From positions 3,817-67,816 of the forward strand of contig JAGXFX010000018.1 of NCBI GenBank assembly GCA_024637045.1: DNA of 64,000 nucleotides, written 5' to 3'. Below the pieces are notes generated by a model that was not told the origin of the DNA, ran no database searches, and saw nothing but the letters and a program-made list of their open reading frames with translations. The translations under genes were made by a program, and so were the position numbers. Positions 12,330 through 23,526 of this stretch are shown piece after piece; positions within the stretch are counted from its first letter, which is position 1, and every line of letters starts with the position of its first letter. Origin of the DNA: Soehngenia sp. (lineage in GTDB: Bacteria > Bacillota > Clostridia > Tissierellales > Tissierellaceae).

Positions 12330-13189
12330 TAATTCAATTAAAGGATGTTGACTATATATATAATCCGGGAACACCTTTTGAAAAGAAAGCTCTCGATGGA
12401 ATAAACCTGGAAATTGAAGAGGGTGAATTCATAGGTCTTATTGGGCATACTGGGTCTGGTAAATCAACATTGGTACAACACCTGAATGGTCTAATGAAGC
12501 CTACTAAGGGCAAGATCATCATTGACGGTCAGGACCTCTCCAGTAAAGAGACTAAAATGAAGATTATTAGACAGAAGGTAGGATTGGTTTTCCAGTATCC
12601 AGAGCATCAACTATTTGAAGAGACTATTTATAAAGATATTGCATTTGGACCTAAAAATCTGGGATTAAAAGACGATGAAATAGAGCAAAGGGTAAGAGAC
12701 GCAATGGAACTTGTAGGTCTTGACTTCGAAGAACTTAAAGAAAGGTCTCCATTTGAGCTGTCCGGAGGTCAGAAGAGACGGGTTGCGATTGCAGGTGTTA
12801 TAGCCATGAAGCCCAAAGTGCTTATACTTGATGAGCCAACTGCAGGTCTTGATCCCAAGGGTAGAGATGATATTCTCGATGAAATAAGAAAGATTTATGA
12901 TAAGGAAATGATTACAATTATTCTTGTTTCTCACAGTATGGAGGATATTGCCAGACTTGTAAACAGAATATTTGTAATGCACAAAGGCAAGGTTGCACTT
13001 GATGGTCCCACCAGAGAAATCTTTACCAGAACCGATGAGTTGGAAGCAATGGGTCTTGGAATTCCTCAGATCACCAAATTCATGAAGACTTTTAAAAGCA
13101 GAGGACATGTAATCAGGGATGATGTGTTAACAGTTGAAGAAGCCAAGGTAGAGATATTAAACTATTTAAGGAGTAAAAAGGATGCTTAA
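12326..13189 (+). CDS. ecfA2: ECF transporter ATPase EcfA2
   Basis: [39 protein letters not shown]. Confidence 0.93.
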   Translation: MIIQLKDVDYIYNPGTPFEKKALDGINLEIEEGEFIGLIGHTGSGKSTLVQHLNGLMKPTKGKIIIDGQDLSSKETKMKIIRQKVGLVFQYPEHQLFEETIYKDIAFGPKNLGLKDDEIEQRVRDAMELVGLDFEELKERSPFELSGGQKRRVAIAGVIAMKPKVLILDEPTAGLDPKGRDDILDEIRKIYDKEMITIILVSHSMEDIARLVNRIFVMHKGKVALDGPTREIFTRTDELEAMGLGIPQITKFMKTFKSRGHVIRDDVLTVEEAKVEILNYLRSKKDA

Positions 13190-13982
13190 AGATATTACAA
13201 TTGGACAATATTTTCCTGGAACATCTATAGTTCACAAATTAGATCCAAGAGTGAAAATAATCATTGTAGCATTGTTTATTGCATCTCTCTTCTTTGTGAC
13301 CAACTTCGTTCCCTATATTTTCATACTGGCATTTATTGCAGGGGTTATTTCAATAGCGAAACTTCCCGTGAAGTTTATTATCAAAGGATTGAAACCCTTG
13401 ATGTTTATAATTCTGATAACCTTTGCCATCAACCTATTTATGACAAAAGGTGAAGTTCTTGTGGAGCTTGGTCCTTTGGCAATAACTAAAGAAGGCTTGA
13501 GGCAATCAGTATTTATGGCACTCAGATTGGTATTCCTGATAACGGGAACATCACTCTTAACCTTAACCACTTCCCCAATCGCATTGACTGATGGAATAGA
13601 AAGACTACTTTCACCTTTCAAGAGAATAGGGTTACCTTCACATGAACTTGCCATGATGATGACCATTGCGCTTAGGTTTATACCTACTTTGCTTGAGGAG
13701 ACCGACAAGATAATGAAAGCTCAGATGGCAAGAGGAGCTGATTTTGAATCCGGGAATATCTTAAGCAGGGCAAAGAATCTGGTTCCCTTGCTTGTACCTC
13801 TATTTATCAATGCTTTCAGAAGGGCAGATGAGTTGGCTACAGCAATGGAAGCAAGATGCTACAGAGGTGGAGATGGAAGGACCAGACTGAATGAATTAAA
13901 GTTTGTAACCAGAGATTATGCTGTGTTGACAGGTATGACCCTGTTCTTTGCAGCGATTGTGTCTACTCGTTATATATGGTGA
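13182..13982 (+). CDS. ecfT: ECF transporter transmembrane component T
   Basis: [28 protein letters not shown]. Confidence 0.93.
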   Translation: MLKDITIGQYFPGTSIVHKLDPRVKIIIVALFIASLFFVTNFVPYIFILAFIAGVISIAKLPVKFIIKGLKPLMFIILITFAINLFMTKGEVLVELGPLAITKEGLRQSVFMALRLVFLITGTSLLTLTTSPIALTDGIERLLSPFKRIGLPSHELAMMMTIALRFIPTLLEETDKIMKAQMARGADFESGNILSRAKNLVPLLVPLFINAFRRADELATAMEARCYRGGDGRTRLNELKFVTRDYAVLTGMTLFFAAIVSTRYIW

Positions 13983-13986
13983 TAAT

Positions 13987-14724
13987 ATGCGAAACATTAA
14001 GTTGATAATTGAATACGACGGCACAAATTACTGGGGGTGGCAGACCCAGGAGGATTTCCCTTCGATACAGGAGGAAATTGAGAAAACAATCAAAAAAGTC
14101 ACAGGTGAGAAGGTTGTGCTTTACGGATCAGGAAGGACAGATGCCAAGGTTCATGCACTTGGACATGTAGCCAATTTCCAAACAGAATCAAGCATACCAG
14201 GTGAGAGATTCAAGTATGCTCTTAATATCAAGCTTCCAGACGACATTAGAATCATAAGCTCTCAGGAAGTGCCTCTTGACTTTCATGCAAGATACAGCGC
14301 AACTCACAAAAGATATGTATACAAAATATATAATGGTGAATCAGAAAGGCCTTTGTTGAGAAATCATACTTGCCATGTAAGATTTCCATTGGATACTGGA
14401 CTGATGAAAGAAGCAGCTGAGTTTTTTATTGGAACCCACGACTTCAAATCATTCAGAGGTAAAAAGACTTCAATAAAATCGTCAGTAAGGACAATTTATT
14501 CAATAGATATCAACAGAAATGGCGATCTGATTGAAATTACAGTAGAGGGTAACAGCTTTCTACGGAATATGGTAAGAATAATTGCTGGTACATTGATAGA
14601 AGTAGGTGCAGGTAAAAGAAGCAAGTATGAAATACCGGAGATTATTGAAAAAAGAGAACGAAAGTCTGCTGGGAAAACGGCACCAGCCCAGGGACTATTT
14701 TTAGAAAAAGTATTCTACAAGTAA
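13987..14724 (+). CDS. truA: tRNA pseudouridine(38-40) synthase
   Basis: IEYDGTNY.GWQ, GSGRTDAKVHA, FL.NMVRII.GTL, TAPAQGLFL. Confidence 0.96.
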   Translation: MRNIKLIIEYDGTNYWGWQTQEDFPSIQEEIEKTIKKVTGEKVVLYGSGRTDAKVHALGHVANFQTESSIPGERFKYALNIKLPDDIRIISSQEVPLDFHARYSATHKRYVYKIYNGESERPLLRNHTCHVRFPLDTGLMKEAAEFFIGTHDFKSFRGKKTSIKSSVRTIYSIDINRNGDLIEITVEGNSFLRNMVRIIAGTLIEVGAGKRSKYEIPEIIEKRERKSAGKTAPAQGLFLEKVFYK

Positions 14725-14732
14725 AATCAGCC

Positions 14733-14761
14733 TTGACATTGATTATTACTTGTATTAGAAT
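14733..14761 (+). promoter_or_regulatory. SigA-type promoter of rplM-rpsI
   Basis: TTGACA-17 bp-TAGAAT. Confidence 0.75.
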
Positions 14762-14769
14762 ATATAAGA

Positions 14770-14807
14770 GTGTTTAATGAGAAGTCCGGAAACTTTTTAG
14801 TAGACAC
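14770..14807 (+). ncRNA. L13 ribosomal-protein leader hairpin (autoregulatory 5' UTR, L13_leader-like)
   Basis: 16-pair stem (one A-G mismatch, several G-U) GTGTTTAATGAGAAGT/ACTTTTTAGTAGACAC with loop CCGGAA, between the promoter and the rplM RBS; family assignment from position and loop recollection. Confidence 0.65.
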
Positions 14808-14841
14808 CTTAAAACGAATGTTGTTGTAAGGAGGGAAATAG

Positions 14842-15270
14842 ATGAAAAGTTTTATGGCAAAAGCCAATGAAGTCGAAAGAAAATGGTATATAATAGACGC
14901 AGAAGATAAAGTGTTGGGAAGACTAGCCACAGAGATTGCAACTATCCTGAGAGGTAAGAACAAGCCCATCTACACACCACATGTTGATACAGGTGATTTT
15001 GTTATAGTAATTAATGCAGGTAAAGTAAGACTTACTGGAAAGAAATTACAGCAAAAGAACTACACGTACCATACAGGTTATCCAGGAGGCTTGAGACAAG
15101 TATCTTACAGCGAGCTAATGGAGAAGAATCCCGAAAAGATAATCGAGCTGGCAGTTAAAGGAATGTTGCCTAAGAATAGTCTGGGAAGAAAAATGTACAC
15201 AAAACTTAAGGTTTATAGAGGTACAGAGCACGGACACGAGGCGCAGAAGCCAGAATTTTACGAAGTATAA
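14842..15270 (+). CDS. rplM: 50S ribosomal protein L13
   Basis: WYIIDA...[29 protein letters not shown]. Confidence 0.98.
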   Translation: MKSFMAKANEVERKWYIIDAEDKVLGRLATEIATILRGKNKPIYTPHVDTGDFVIVINAGKVRLTGKKLQQKNYTYHTGYPGGLRQVSYSELMEKNPEKIIELAVKGMLPKNSLGRKMYTKLKVYRGTEHGHEAQKPEFYEV

Positions 15271-15295
15271 TTAATTGATGAAGGGAGGACTGTAA

Positions 15296-15688
15296 ATGGC
15301 TGCAACACAATTTTTAGGAACAGGAAGAAGAAAGACATCCGTTGCAAGAGTAAGACTTGTAGCAGGTAATGGAAAAATCACGATCAACAAGAGAGATATC
15401 GAGGACTTTTTCAACTACGAGACATTAAGAGTAATTGCAAAAGAGCCTTTGACTATAACTGAAACAGCAGATAAATACGACGTAATCGTAAATGTTCACG
15501 GTGGTGGATTCACAGGACAAGCCGGAGCTATCAGACACGGTATTGCAAGAGCACTTCTTGAAACAGATGGAGAGTTAAGACCAATACTTAAGAAGGCAGG
15601 ACATCTTACCAGAGACTCAAGAATGGTTGAGAGAAAGAAATACGGTCTCAAGAAGGCAAGAAAAAGCCCTCAGTTCAGCAAGAGATAA
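15296..15688 (+). CDS. rpsI: 30S ribosomal protein S9
   Basis: [50 protein letters not shown]. Confidence 0.98.
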   Translation: MAATQFLGTGRRKTSVARVRLVAGNGKITINKRDIEDFFNYETLRVIAKEPLTITETADKYDVIVNVHGGGFTGQAGAIRHGIARALLETDGELRPILKKAGHLTRDSRMVERKKYGLKKARKSPQFSKR

Positions 15689-15692
15689 TGCG

Positions 15693-15722
15693 AAAGCACC
15701 AGAAAAGATCTGGTGCTTTTTT
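15693..15722 (+). terminator. Intrinsic terminator after rpsI
   Basis: AAAGCACCAGA/TCTGGTGCTTT stem plus T-tract. Confidence 0.85.
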
Positions 15723-15749
15723 AGTACTCATTTTTAAGGTAATTGAAGG

Positions 15750-15791
15750 TTATCCCCTGTGGACTGTGGATAATGTGGATAAAGTGGATAA
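15750..15791. promoter_or_regulatory. DnaA-box cluster
   Basis: TGTGGATAA (15765-73), TGTGGATAA (15774-82), AGTGGATAA (15783-91) in direct tandem (reverse complement of TTATCCACA), plus degenerate TTATCCCCT (15750-58). Confidence 0.75.
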
Positions 15792-15822
15792 CTCCTCGAA
15801 CATGTGTATTGCTTGCTATTTT

Positions 15823-16950
15823 TTAGCTGTATAGGTCACCCCTGGCATCCTTTAGATATTGAATTATTGTCAGATTCTGTGGACACTTTTCCTCACATAG
15901 TCCACACTCTACACATCTGGAACTGTCAGATTCCTTTTTAACAAGGTTAGAGTATGACCTCATGGAATCTTCCATGGTTCCATAGACATGTGCATTGTTG
16001 TAGAGCTCGAATATATCAGGTATTTCAACATTCTGAGGGCATGGAATACAGTATTTGCATCCTGTACAATCAACTTTAATTCTACTTCGATAGATATCAG
16101 CTGCTTCATTTACAATACTCATATCCTCAAGAGACATTGAATTTTCATAAGAACTGATTCTGATATTTTCATCCAGTTGATTCATTGTGGACATGCCACT
16201 TAAAACAACGGAGATGCCTGGGAGACTGTGAAGCCAGTTTAGAGCCCACTGTACAGGCGTACGGGTTGTTTTAGCCTTGTTCCATACCTGGAGTACATCA
16301 TCTGGAGAGCTTGCCAGCTTACCGCCTTTTAGGGGCTCCATTACGACCACATCAATTTCTTTGTTTCTAGCGTATTCAAGCCCTGCAATACCAGCCTGAT
16401 AATCCGTATCCATATAGTTTAGCTGAATTTGACAAAACTCCCAAGGATAATAATCAACAATTTCTTTAAAAACAGGAAGTTCGTCATGAAATGAAAACCC
16501 AATGTGCTTGATTTTTCCTTCTTTTTTTGCCTGATTTACAAATTTTTCGAATTCAAGTGATTTTATTTTTTTGAAAGAATCACTATTTAGGGCATGAAAA
16601 AGGTAAAAATCTATATAGTTTGTCTTTAAATTAACCAGTTGTTCATCCAGATATTTCATAAAATCATCGTGATGCTCCATCAACCATACTGGAGATTTTG
16701 TCGCCAGATGGTAATCCCCTCTCAGAATTCCTTCAAGGGCATTTCCGAGAAAAGCCTCAGATTCCCCTCCGTGGTAAGGATAAGCTGTATCAAAATAATT
16801 TATTCCATTTTCAAAAGCATGCCTTACCATTAAAGTAGCTTTGTCCACGTCAATTTTTGAATTGTCATTCTCAAGAACCGGAAACCGCATACAACCCAGC
16901 CCTAATAGTGAAACATTTAACTTGTCTCCAGTAAATTCACGGTATTGCAT
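15823..16950 (-). CDS. Aldo/keto reductase with C-terminal 4Fe-4S dicluster domain
   Basis: LGLGCMR, YFDTAYPYH, IDFYLFH, MEPLKGG; CTGCKYCIPCP and CVECGLCEEKCP. Confidence 0.9.
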   Translation of the reverse strand: MQYREFTGDKLNVSLLGLGCMRFPVLENDNSKIDVDKATLMVRHAFENGINYFDTAYPYHGGESEAFLGNALEGILRGDYHLATKSPVWLMEHHDDFMKYLDEQLVNLKTNYIDFYLFHALNSDSFKKIKSLEFEKFVNQAKKEGKIKHIGFSFHDELPVFKEIVDYYPWEFCQIQLNYMDTDYQAGIAGLEYARNKEIDVVVMEPLKGGKLASSPDDVLQVWNKAKTTRTPVQWALNWLHSLPGISVVLSGMSTMNQLDENIRISSYENSMSLEDMSIVNEAADIYRSRIKVDCTGCKYCIPCPQNVEIPDIFELYNNAHVYGTMEDSMRSYSNLVKKESDSSRCVECGLCEEKCPQNLTIIQYLKDARGDLYS

Positions 16951-17106
16951 AAAAAATCCCCCTTATGTATAATTAAAGTATACTACTGAAATACCACGGA
17001 TACGGCTAAATTCATGTAATCCTGTGTAGTTTAACTACCATTCAATGGGGTAGTTATAGGATAGTATATGGAAATTATACCACAAAAAACAGGAAGGAGT
17101 GATTGA

Positions 17107-18201
17107 ATGGACGCAAAAAAAACCCCCCTATATGAGGAGCATGTCAAGTTAGGGGGTAATGTTGTCGACTATGCAGGTTGGTTTCTTCCAGTGCAATACG
17201 AAGGACTTGTGCCTGAGCATGAGGCAGTTAGAAATGCAGTCGGTCTTTTTGATGTTTCACATATGGGAGAGATAACAATCAAGGGAAAGGATGCTCTTGC
17301 CTTTGTTGATTATCTTATGACCAACGATATAACTACTATAGTTGATAATCAGGTTATTTATACATTCATGTGCCACCCTACAGGAGGCGTCGTGGATGAT
17401 TTGCTTGTGTACAGATATGATGGGGAATTCTTCTATCTGGTAGTAAACGCAGCAAATATTGATAAGGACCATAAGTGGATTTTGGACAACAAGGGAGATT
17501 TTGACGTAAGGATTGAGAATATCTCTGATTCAGTAGGTGAGGTTGCAATTCAAGGGCCTTTAGCTGAAAAAGTATTGCAAAAGCTGACTGATTATGATCT
17601 TTCTCAGATTAAATTCTTCCATCTTAAAAGAGACGTTGAAGTAGCAGGAGTGAACTGTATGGTATCAAGAACCGGATATACCGGGGAAGATGGTTTTGAA
17701 GTTTATTCCGACAATGAGGGTATCGTAAAAGTATGGAATGCTATTCTTGAAGCAGGCAAGGATGAAGGCATAAAGCCAACAGGGCTTGGTTGCAGGGATA
17801 CATTGAGATTTGAAGCATCGCTTCCATTGTATGGTCATGAGATGGATGACGAAATCACTCCTCTCGAAGCTGGATTCAAATACTTTGTTAAACTTGACAA
17901 GAAGTCTGACTTTATTGGCAAGGATGTATTGAATAAAATGTGGAGCGAAGGTCTGAAAAGAAAGCTTGCAGGAATTGAGCTTCTTGACAGAGGTATTGCA
18001 AGAGAAGGATATGAAGTTTACAAGGATGGCGAAAAGATTGGCCATGTAACAACAGGATACAAAAGCCCAACCCTGGACAAGGTAATAGGTAATGCTCTTA
18101 TCAAGACAGAGTTTACGGAGTTGGGAACAGAGGTTGATGTAAAGATCAGAAATAAATTTGCTAAAGCTAAAGTTATAAGCAAGAAATTTCTTAAAAAATA
18201 A
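17107..18201 (+). CDS. gcvT: Glycine cleavage system aminomethyltransferase T
   Basis: GLFDVSHMGEI, SRTGYTGEDGFE, GLGCRDTLRFEA. Confidence 0.97.
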   Translation: MDAKKTPLYEEHVKLGGNVVDYAGWFLPVQYEGLVPEHEAVRNAVGLFDVSHMGEITIKGKDALAFVDYLMTNDITTIVDNQVIYTFMCHPTGGVVDDLLVYRYDGEFFYLVVNAANIDKDHKWILDNKGDFDVRIENISDSVGEVAIQGPLAEKVLQKLTDYDLSQIKFFHLKRDVEVAGVNCMVSRTGYTGEDGFEVYSDNEGIVKVWNAILEAGKDEGIKPTGLGCRDTLRFEASLPLYGHEMDDEITPLEAGFKYFVKLDKKSDFIGKDVLNKMWSEGLKRKLAGIELLDRGIAREGYEVYKDGEKIGHVTTGYKSPTLDKVIGNALIKTEFTELGTEVDVKIRNKFAKAKVISKKFLKK

Positions 18202-18219
18202 ATTTTAGGGGGTAATTAA

Positions 18220-18603
18220 ATGAAAGTTGCAAAAGGATTATTTTACACAAAAGATCACGAGTGGGTCAAGGTTGACGGAGATGTAGTGGTAATAGGTATT
18301 TCTGATTATGCACAGCATCATCTGGGGGACATAGTATATGTTGAGCTTCCCGATGTAGATGACGAATTCGAAAAAGGCGAAGACTTTGCAGCAGTTGAGT
18401 CAGTAAAAGCAGCTTCTGATGTATATATGCCTGTCGGAGGAAAAGTAGTTGCAATAAACGAGGAGCTTATGGATGATCCTGCATTACTTAACACTGATGC
18501 ATTTGAGAACTGGTTGATTAAAGCAGAGATGGCTGACAAGGCAGAACTTGAAGAACTAATGAATGATGAGGATTATGAAAAGTTTTTAGCTGAGGAGGAG
18601 TAA
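18220..18603 (+). CDS. gcvH: Glycine cleavage system H protein
   Basis: [21 protein letters not shown], lipoyl motif ESVKAASD. Confidence 0.97.
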   Translation: MKVAKGLFYTKDHEWVKVDGDVVVIGISDYAQHHLGDIVYVELPDVDDEFEKGEDFAAVESVKAASDVYMPVGGKVVAINEELMDDPALLNTDAFENWLIKAEMADKAELEELMNDEDYEKFLAEEE

Positions 18604-18604
18604 G

Positions 18605-19948
18605 ATGCATCCATATATCGCTAATACACCTGAAGATATCCAGGAGATGCTCAAAGCAATAGGTCTTGAAAGCATAGACCAGTTATTTGACGACATTCCA
18701 AAGAATATCAAACTGGGGAGAGAGATTGATCTTCCGAAGTCAAAAAGTGAGCTTGAGGTAACATCATATCTGAAGAAACTGGCAGATAAGAACTGTTCCA
18801 TGAGTGATTTAACAAGCTTCCTGGGAGCAGGTGCGTACGATCATTATATACCATCAATAGTAAATCATATAATTTCAAGAAGCGAGTTCTATACTTCATA
18901 TACACCATACCAGCCTGAAATCAGTCAGGGAACATTGCAGTATATATTTGAATTCCAGACATTAATTGCAGATCTTACAGGTATGGACTCTGCTAATGCA
19001 TCCCTTTATGACGGAGGAACTGCAGTTGTAGAAGCAGCTCTTATGGCTGCTGCATATTCAAAAAAAGATGAATTAGTAATATCCAAGTCAGTTAAGCCTG
19101 ACGCAAGAAAGATTCTGTACACATATGCGCACGTTCAGAACTTGAAGGTAATAGAGATTGATGTGAAAGATGGAGTAACTGATATGGAGGCCCTGGAAGG
19201 TGTTGTCAACGACAATACTGCGGCCGTTATTGTTCAAAGCCCTAACTTCTTCGGAATAGTAGAAGACTTGGAAGCAATCGGTAAAATCGCTCACAAAGGC
19301 AAGAAGACTACATTTGTAGCTTCTGTTGATCCAATATCATTGGGAATTCTTAAGAAGCCTGGAGATATGGGTGTTGATGTAGTTGTTGGAGAAGGCCAGT
19401 CTCTAGGAATACCTGTTAGCTTTGGTGGACCTTACCTTGGATTTATGGCAATCAAAAATGAATATATCAGAAAGTTACCTGGAAGAATTGTAGGACAGAC
19501 AGAAGACCTTGACGGCAAGAGATCATTTGTATTGACTCTTACAGCCAGAGAGCAGCATATAAGAAGAGAGAAGGCGACTTCAAACATCTGTTCCAATCAA
19601 GGGATCAACTCGTTGGCAGCTGCTGTGTACATGGTTACAATGGGCAAGCAAGGTCTTAGAGAGGTTGCTATGCAATCCACCAAGAAGGCTCACTATGCTT
19701 ATGAGCAACTGACTAAATCAGGTAAATTCAAGCCAGTATTTGACAAGCCTTTCTTCAAAGAGTTTGTATTGACATCAGATATTGCACCTGAGAAGATCAA
19801 TGAAGATCTTAGGAAAGAGAATATCATCGGAGGCTATGCTCTAGGCAAAGAATATCCCCAATTTGAAAATAGCATCCTTTATGCAGTGACAGAAAAGAGA
19901 ACGAAAGATGAAATAGATAAACTGACCAGCGTAATGGAGGGGATATAA
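18605..19948 (+). CDS. gcvPA: Glycine dehydrogenase subunit 1
   Basis: [43 protein letters not shown]. Confidence 0.96.
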   Translation: MHPYIANTPEDIQEMLKAIGLESIDQLFDDIPKNIKLGREIDLPKSKSELEVTSYLKKLADKNCSMSDLTSFLGAGAYDHYIPSIVNHIISRSEFYTSYTPYQPEISQGTLQYIFEFQTLIADLTGMDSANASLYDGGTAVVEAALMAAAYSKKDELVISKSVKPDARKILYTYAHVQNLKVIEIDVKDGVTDMEALEGVVNDNTAAVIVQSPNFFGIVEDLEAIGKIAHKGKKTTFVASVDPISLGILKKPGDMGVDVVVGEGQSLGIPVSFGGPYLGFMAIKNEYIRKLPGRIVGQTEDLDGKRSFVLTLTAREQHIRREKATSNICSNQGINSLAAAVYMVTMGKQGLREVAMQSTKKAHYAYEQLTKSGKFKPVFDKPFFKEFVLTSDIAPEKINEDLRKENIIGGYALGKEYPQFENSILYAVTEKRTKDEIDKLTSVMEGI

Positions 19949-21402
19949 TGAGAAACTATGATAAACTAATCTTCGAACTTTCCAAACCTGGCAGAAAGGC
20001 ATATATGTTACCTGCCAATGATGTGGAGGATGTTTCTTTGGATAGCCTGATACCAGGGGAATTTTTAAATGACAAGGAACTTGATTTGCCGGAAGTATCA
20101 GAGGTGGATATTATTAGACACTACACAAACCTATCAAACAAGAACTATGGTGTTGATACTGGTTTCTATCCTCTTGGTTCATGTACAATGAAGTACAATC
20201 CAAAGATAAATGAGGATGTAGCAAGATATGATGGTTTTGCAAATCTTCATCCACTTCAGCCAGCAGACTGTATTCAGGGATCACTGCAGTTGCTTCATGA
20301 ACTGGAAGAAAGCCTTTCAGAAATTGCAGGAATGGATAGAACAACACTTCAGCCAGCTGCCGGAGCACACGGTGAGCTTACAGGAGTAATGATAATAAAG
20401 GCTTACCATGAGAAGAGAGGGGAAGCTCACAGAAACAAGATTATTGTTCCCGACTCAGCACATGGTACTAATCCTGCTACAGCAGGAATGGCCGGATATA
20501 AGATAGTTGAAATCAAATCAACAAAAGATGGACTTGTTGACCTTGATGCATTGAGAGCAGCTGTTGGAGATGATACTGCGGGGCTAATGCTTACAAATCC
20601 AAATACCCTGGGTATATTTGACAAGGGAATTCTGGAAATTGCATCAATAGTTCACGAAGCAGGGGGTTTATTGTATTACGATGGAGCCAATGCCAACGCT
20701 ATAATGGGATATGCAAGACCTGGAGACATGGGATTTGACGTCGTTCACTTTAATCTTCACAAAACTTTCTCAACACCACATGGTGGAGGAGGTCCAGGAT
20801 CAGGACCAGTAGGAGTTAAGAAGGAGCTAGTTCCATTCCTGCCTGTACCAATGGTAGAGAAGAAGGATGACGATTATTTCCTTGATTATGATTATCCAGA
20901 TTCAATAGGAAAAGTGAAGGACTTCTATGGACATTTCGGTATCCTTGTAAGAGCCTACACTTATATATTAACAATGGGATCAAATGGATTAAAGAGTGCT
21001 TCAGAGATTGCTGTATTAAATGCGAATTATATTTGCAGTCAATTGAAGGATTACTATTATCTCCCAATTGACACAATCTACAAGCATGAATTTGTATTTG
21101 GTGGCTTGAAGGACACATTAAGCGAGGTAACAACACTAGATATTGCCAAGAGACTTCTTGATCTTGGATATCATCCACCAACAATCTACTTCCCATTGAT
21201 TATAAACCAAGCGTTGATGATTGAGCCGACTGAGACAGAAAGCAAGGAAACTCTTGATGAGTTTATACAGGCAATGATTCAGATTGCCAAGGAAGCGGAA
21301 ACTGACCCAGCAATATTGAAGTCAGCTCCAAACAGAACAATTGTAAGAAGACCAAATGAAGTCAAAGCGGCACGTGACATCAATGTAAAATACGAAGGGT
21401 AG
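19948..21402 (+). CDS. gcvPB: Glycine dehydrogenase subunit 2
   Basis: [24 protein letters not shown] motif [18 protein letters not shown]. Confidence 0.96.
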   Translation: MRNYDKLIFELSKPGRKAYMLPANDVEDVSLDSLIPGEFLNDKELDLPEVSEVDIIRHYTNLSNKNYGVDTGFYPLGSCTMKYNPKINEDVARYDGFANLHPLQPADCIQGSLQLLHELEESLSEIAGMDRTTLQPAAGAHGELTGVMIIKAYHEKRGEAHRNKIIVPDSAHGTNPATAGMAGYKIVEIKSTKDGLVDLDALRAAVGDDTAGLMLTNPNTLGIFDKGILEIASIVHEAGGLLYYDGANANAIMGYARPGDMGFDVVHFNLHKTFSTPHGGGGPGSGPVGVKKELVPFLPVPMVEKKDDDYFLDYDYPDSIGKVKDFYGHFGILVRAYTYILTMGSNGLKSASEIAVLNANYICSQLKDYYYLPIDTIYKHEFVFGGLKDTLSEVTTLDIAKRLLDLGYHPPTIYFPLIINQALMIEPTETESKETLDEFIQAMIQIAKEAETDPAILKSAPNRTIVRRPNEVKAARDINVKYEG

Positions 21403-21411
21403 GTGTATTGC

Positions 21412-22827
21412 TTGACAAAGAGAATAGCTATTATCGGTGCAGGACCGGGTGGCTATGTTGCAGCTATTAAAGCTGCACAACTTGAAGCAGAGGTTATTCT
21501 TATAGAAAACAGAGAAATTGGGGGTACATGCCTTAACAGGGGATGTATCCCCACTAAAACATATTTCAGAAATGCTGAAATAATGTCCTCGCTCAAGAGA
21601 GCAGATGAATTCGGTATAAAAGTAGAAGGATATAGCCTTGATGGCAAAGCACTTTTGGAAAGAAAGAACAAGGTAGTAAACGACCTTGTAACTGGAATCG
21701 AAAAGCTTATATCATCTTACAGCAATATCGAGTTTATCCCAGGAAAAGCATCGTTTAAAGACAGTAAAACATTGACAGTTGAGCTTCTTGAAGGCGGAAC
21801 AAGAGAAATAGAAGCTGATAATATTATCATATCAACAGGCTCTTACCCACAAATGACTGAGACCAAGGGAGTGGACCTACAAGGGGTTATCACATCTGAT
21901 GACCTTCTGGAATTGGACCATATTCCTGAGACTCTTATAGTAGTGGGTGGAGGCGTAATCGGACTTGAGTTTGCAAGCATATATCAGGAGCTTGGCTCGC
22001 ATGTAATACTTCTTGCTTCAAGAATACTCAAGGACGGTGACAAGGAAATCGGCAAAAGACTTCTTCCCATGCTTAAAAAGCAGGGTATCGAGACTTATGT
22101 TAATATCCGTGCGAAAGAAATTTCCAAGGAAGGCAACAAGCTGAAAGTACTGGCAAAATACAAGGAGAAAGAGGAAGAAATTGAAGTAGTTGGAGACTAC
22201 GTACTGATAGCATCAGGAAGAGGGCCACTTGTAGAAGGTTTGGGTCTTGATGATATTGGTGTTGAATACTCAAAGAGAGGTATTCAGGTTGACGACAATT
22301 ATGAGACTACGGTTCCGGGGATATATGCAATTGGTGATGTAAACTCGAAGGGAATTCAACTGGCTCATGTGGCTTCAGCACAAGGTGAGTATGTCGTGGA
22401 GAAGGTCATGGGTCATGAACCTGATATAAATCTGGAATATTGGCCGTCATGTGTATTTACAATGGCTGAAGTAGCTCAGGTAGGTTACACTGAAGAGCAG
22501 CTGAAAGAAATGGAAATTGACTATAGGTCAAGCAAATTCATGTTCTCCGCAAACGGAAAAGCACTTGCGCTGGGAGAGCCTGAAGGAATCATTAAAATTC
22601 TTGCTTCAAACGAGGATAATAAGATTCTTGGTGTTCACATACTTGGACCTCACGCAAACGACCTTATTCACGAAGGAGCATTCGCAATATCCAACGGTAT
22701 GGATGTAGCGGCAATAAATCGAACGATACATGCACATCCAACACTATCTGAGGCCTTTGCAGAGGCAGCTCTAGGTTTGGATGAAGCAGCTATTCATATT
22801 GCACCTAAGAGAAAGAGAAGAAGATAA
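21412..22827 (+). CDS. lpdA: Dihydrolipoyl dehydrogenase (L protein); TTG 21412 or GTG 21403 start
   Basis: GAGPGGYVAA, GGTCLNRGCIPTK, HPTLSE. Confidence 0.95.
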   Translation: MTKRIAIIGAGPGGYVAAIKAAQLEAEVILIENREIGGTCLNRGCIPTKTYFRNAEIMSSLKRADEFGIKVEGYSLDGKALLERKNKVVNDLVTGIEKLISSYSNIEFIPGKASFKDSKTLTVELLEGGTREIEADNIIISTGSYPQMTETKGVDLQGVITSDDLLELDHIPETLIVVGGGVIGLEFASIYQELGSHVILLASRILKDGDKEIGKRLLPMLKKQGIETYVNIRAKEISKEGNKLKVLAKYKEKEEEIEVVGDYVLIASGRGPLVEGLGLDDIGVEYSKRGIQVDDNYETTVPGIYAIGDVNSKGIQLAHVASAQGEYVVEKVMGHEPDINLEYWPSCVFTMAEVAQVGYTEEQLKEMEIDYRSSKFMFSANGKALALGEPEGIIKILASNEDNKILGVHILGPHANDLIHEGAFAISNGMDVAAINRTIHAHPTLSEAFAEAALGLDEAAIHIAPKRKRRR

Positions 22828-22830
22828 TTT

Positions 22831-22861
22831 AGGCAACGGGGCAACCCGTTGCTTGATTTTA
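22831..22861 (+). terminator. Intrinsic terminator after lpdA
   Basis: AGGCAACGGG-GCAA-CCCGTTGCTT then GATTTTA. Confidence 0.75.
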
Positions 22862-22876
22862 TTCAGGAGGAATTTC

Positions 22877-23506
22877 ATGAGCACAGGAAGAAAACTTTTA
22901 ATTGGATTAAGCTTAATTGTGTTTTTAGTTATAGGATTTATGGTTTCAGGAAAGCCCGAGGGAGTTTTATTGGACCAATCCATTATGGATTTAGTACACG
23001 CTAATAATAATATTATAGTTATAAGGATAATGGAAGTAATATCATTTCTTGGATCTGAAGTTTTTCTATTCCCAGTGATGGGTACTGCGATAGCCTATTT
23101 CACAATAAAAAAAAGATACTATATTGCAGGTCTCTTGTTGGTGTCGTCCCTTGGCAGCTTTATTGTGAACTATATTCTTAAACAGATTTTTCAGAGACCA
23201 AGACCATTCGAATATTTTTTGGTTGAACAGGGAGGATTAAGCTATCCCAGCGGACATTCCATGGTTTCAATGACTATGTTTCTTACCATCGCTTATTTGT
23301 TGACCAGAAAGCGCATGAATGGAAGATATAAAAAAAGAATCTGGATAGCAGTTTTTATATACATTCTTTTAATGGGAATCAGCAGGGTTTTTCTAGGAGT
23401 TCATTGGCCATCGGATATAATCGGAGGCTATGCTGCTGGATATTTATTCTTCGAAGCGTATATTCCATTCGTAAATTCAAGGCTATTAAAAAGAGATTCC
23501 ATCTGA
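22877..23506 (+). CDS. PAP2-family membrane phosphatase
   Basis: K..F.RPRP, YPSGH, SRVFLGVHWPSD motifs; ATG 22877 after AGGAGG. Confidence 0.9.
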   Translation: MSTGRKLLIGLSLIVFLVIGFMVSGKPEGVLLDQSIMDLVHANNNIIVIRIMEVISFLGSEVFLFPVMGTAIAYFTIKKRYYIAGLLLVSSLGSFIVNYILKQIFQRPRPFEYFLVEQGGLSYPSGHSMVSMTMFLTIAYLLTRKRMNGRYKKRIWIAVFIYILLMGISRVFLGVHWPSDIIGGYAAGYLFFEAYIPFVNSRLLKRDSI

Positions 23507-23521
23507 TTGGAATCTCTTTTT
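23488..23521. terminator. Bidirectional terminator between the convergent PAP2 and ABC genes
   Basis: AAAAAGAGATTCCA/TGGAATCTCTTTTT inverted repeat. Confidence 0.8.
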
Positions 23522-23526
23522 ATGAT

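Noticed and set aside
15750-15791. oriC
   Set aside because: Only three to four boxes, no adjacent dnaA/dnaN and no clear AT-rich unwinding element; kept as a non-origin DnaA cluster instead.
16951-17106. Glycine riboswitch upstream of gcvT
   Set aside because: No recognisable aptamer motifs or attenuator, and the region is short.
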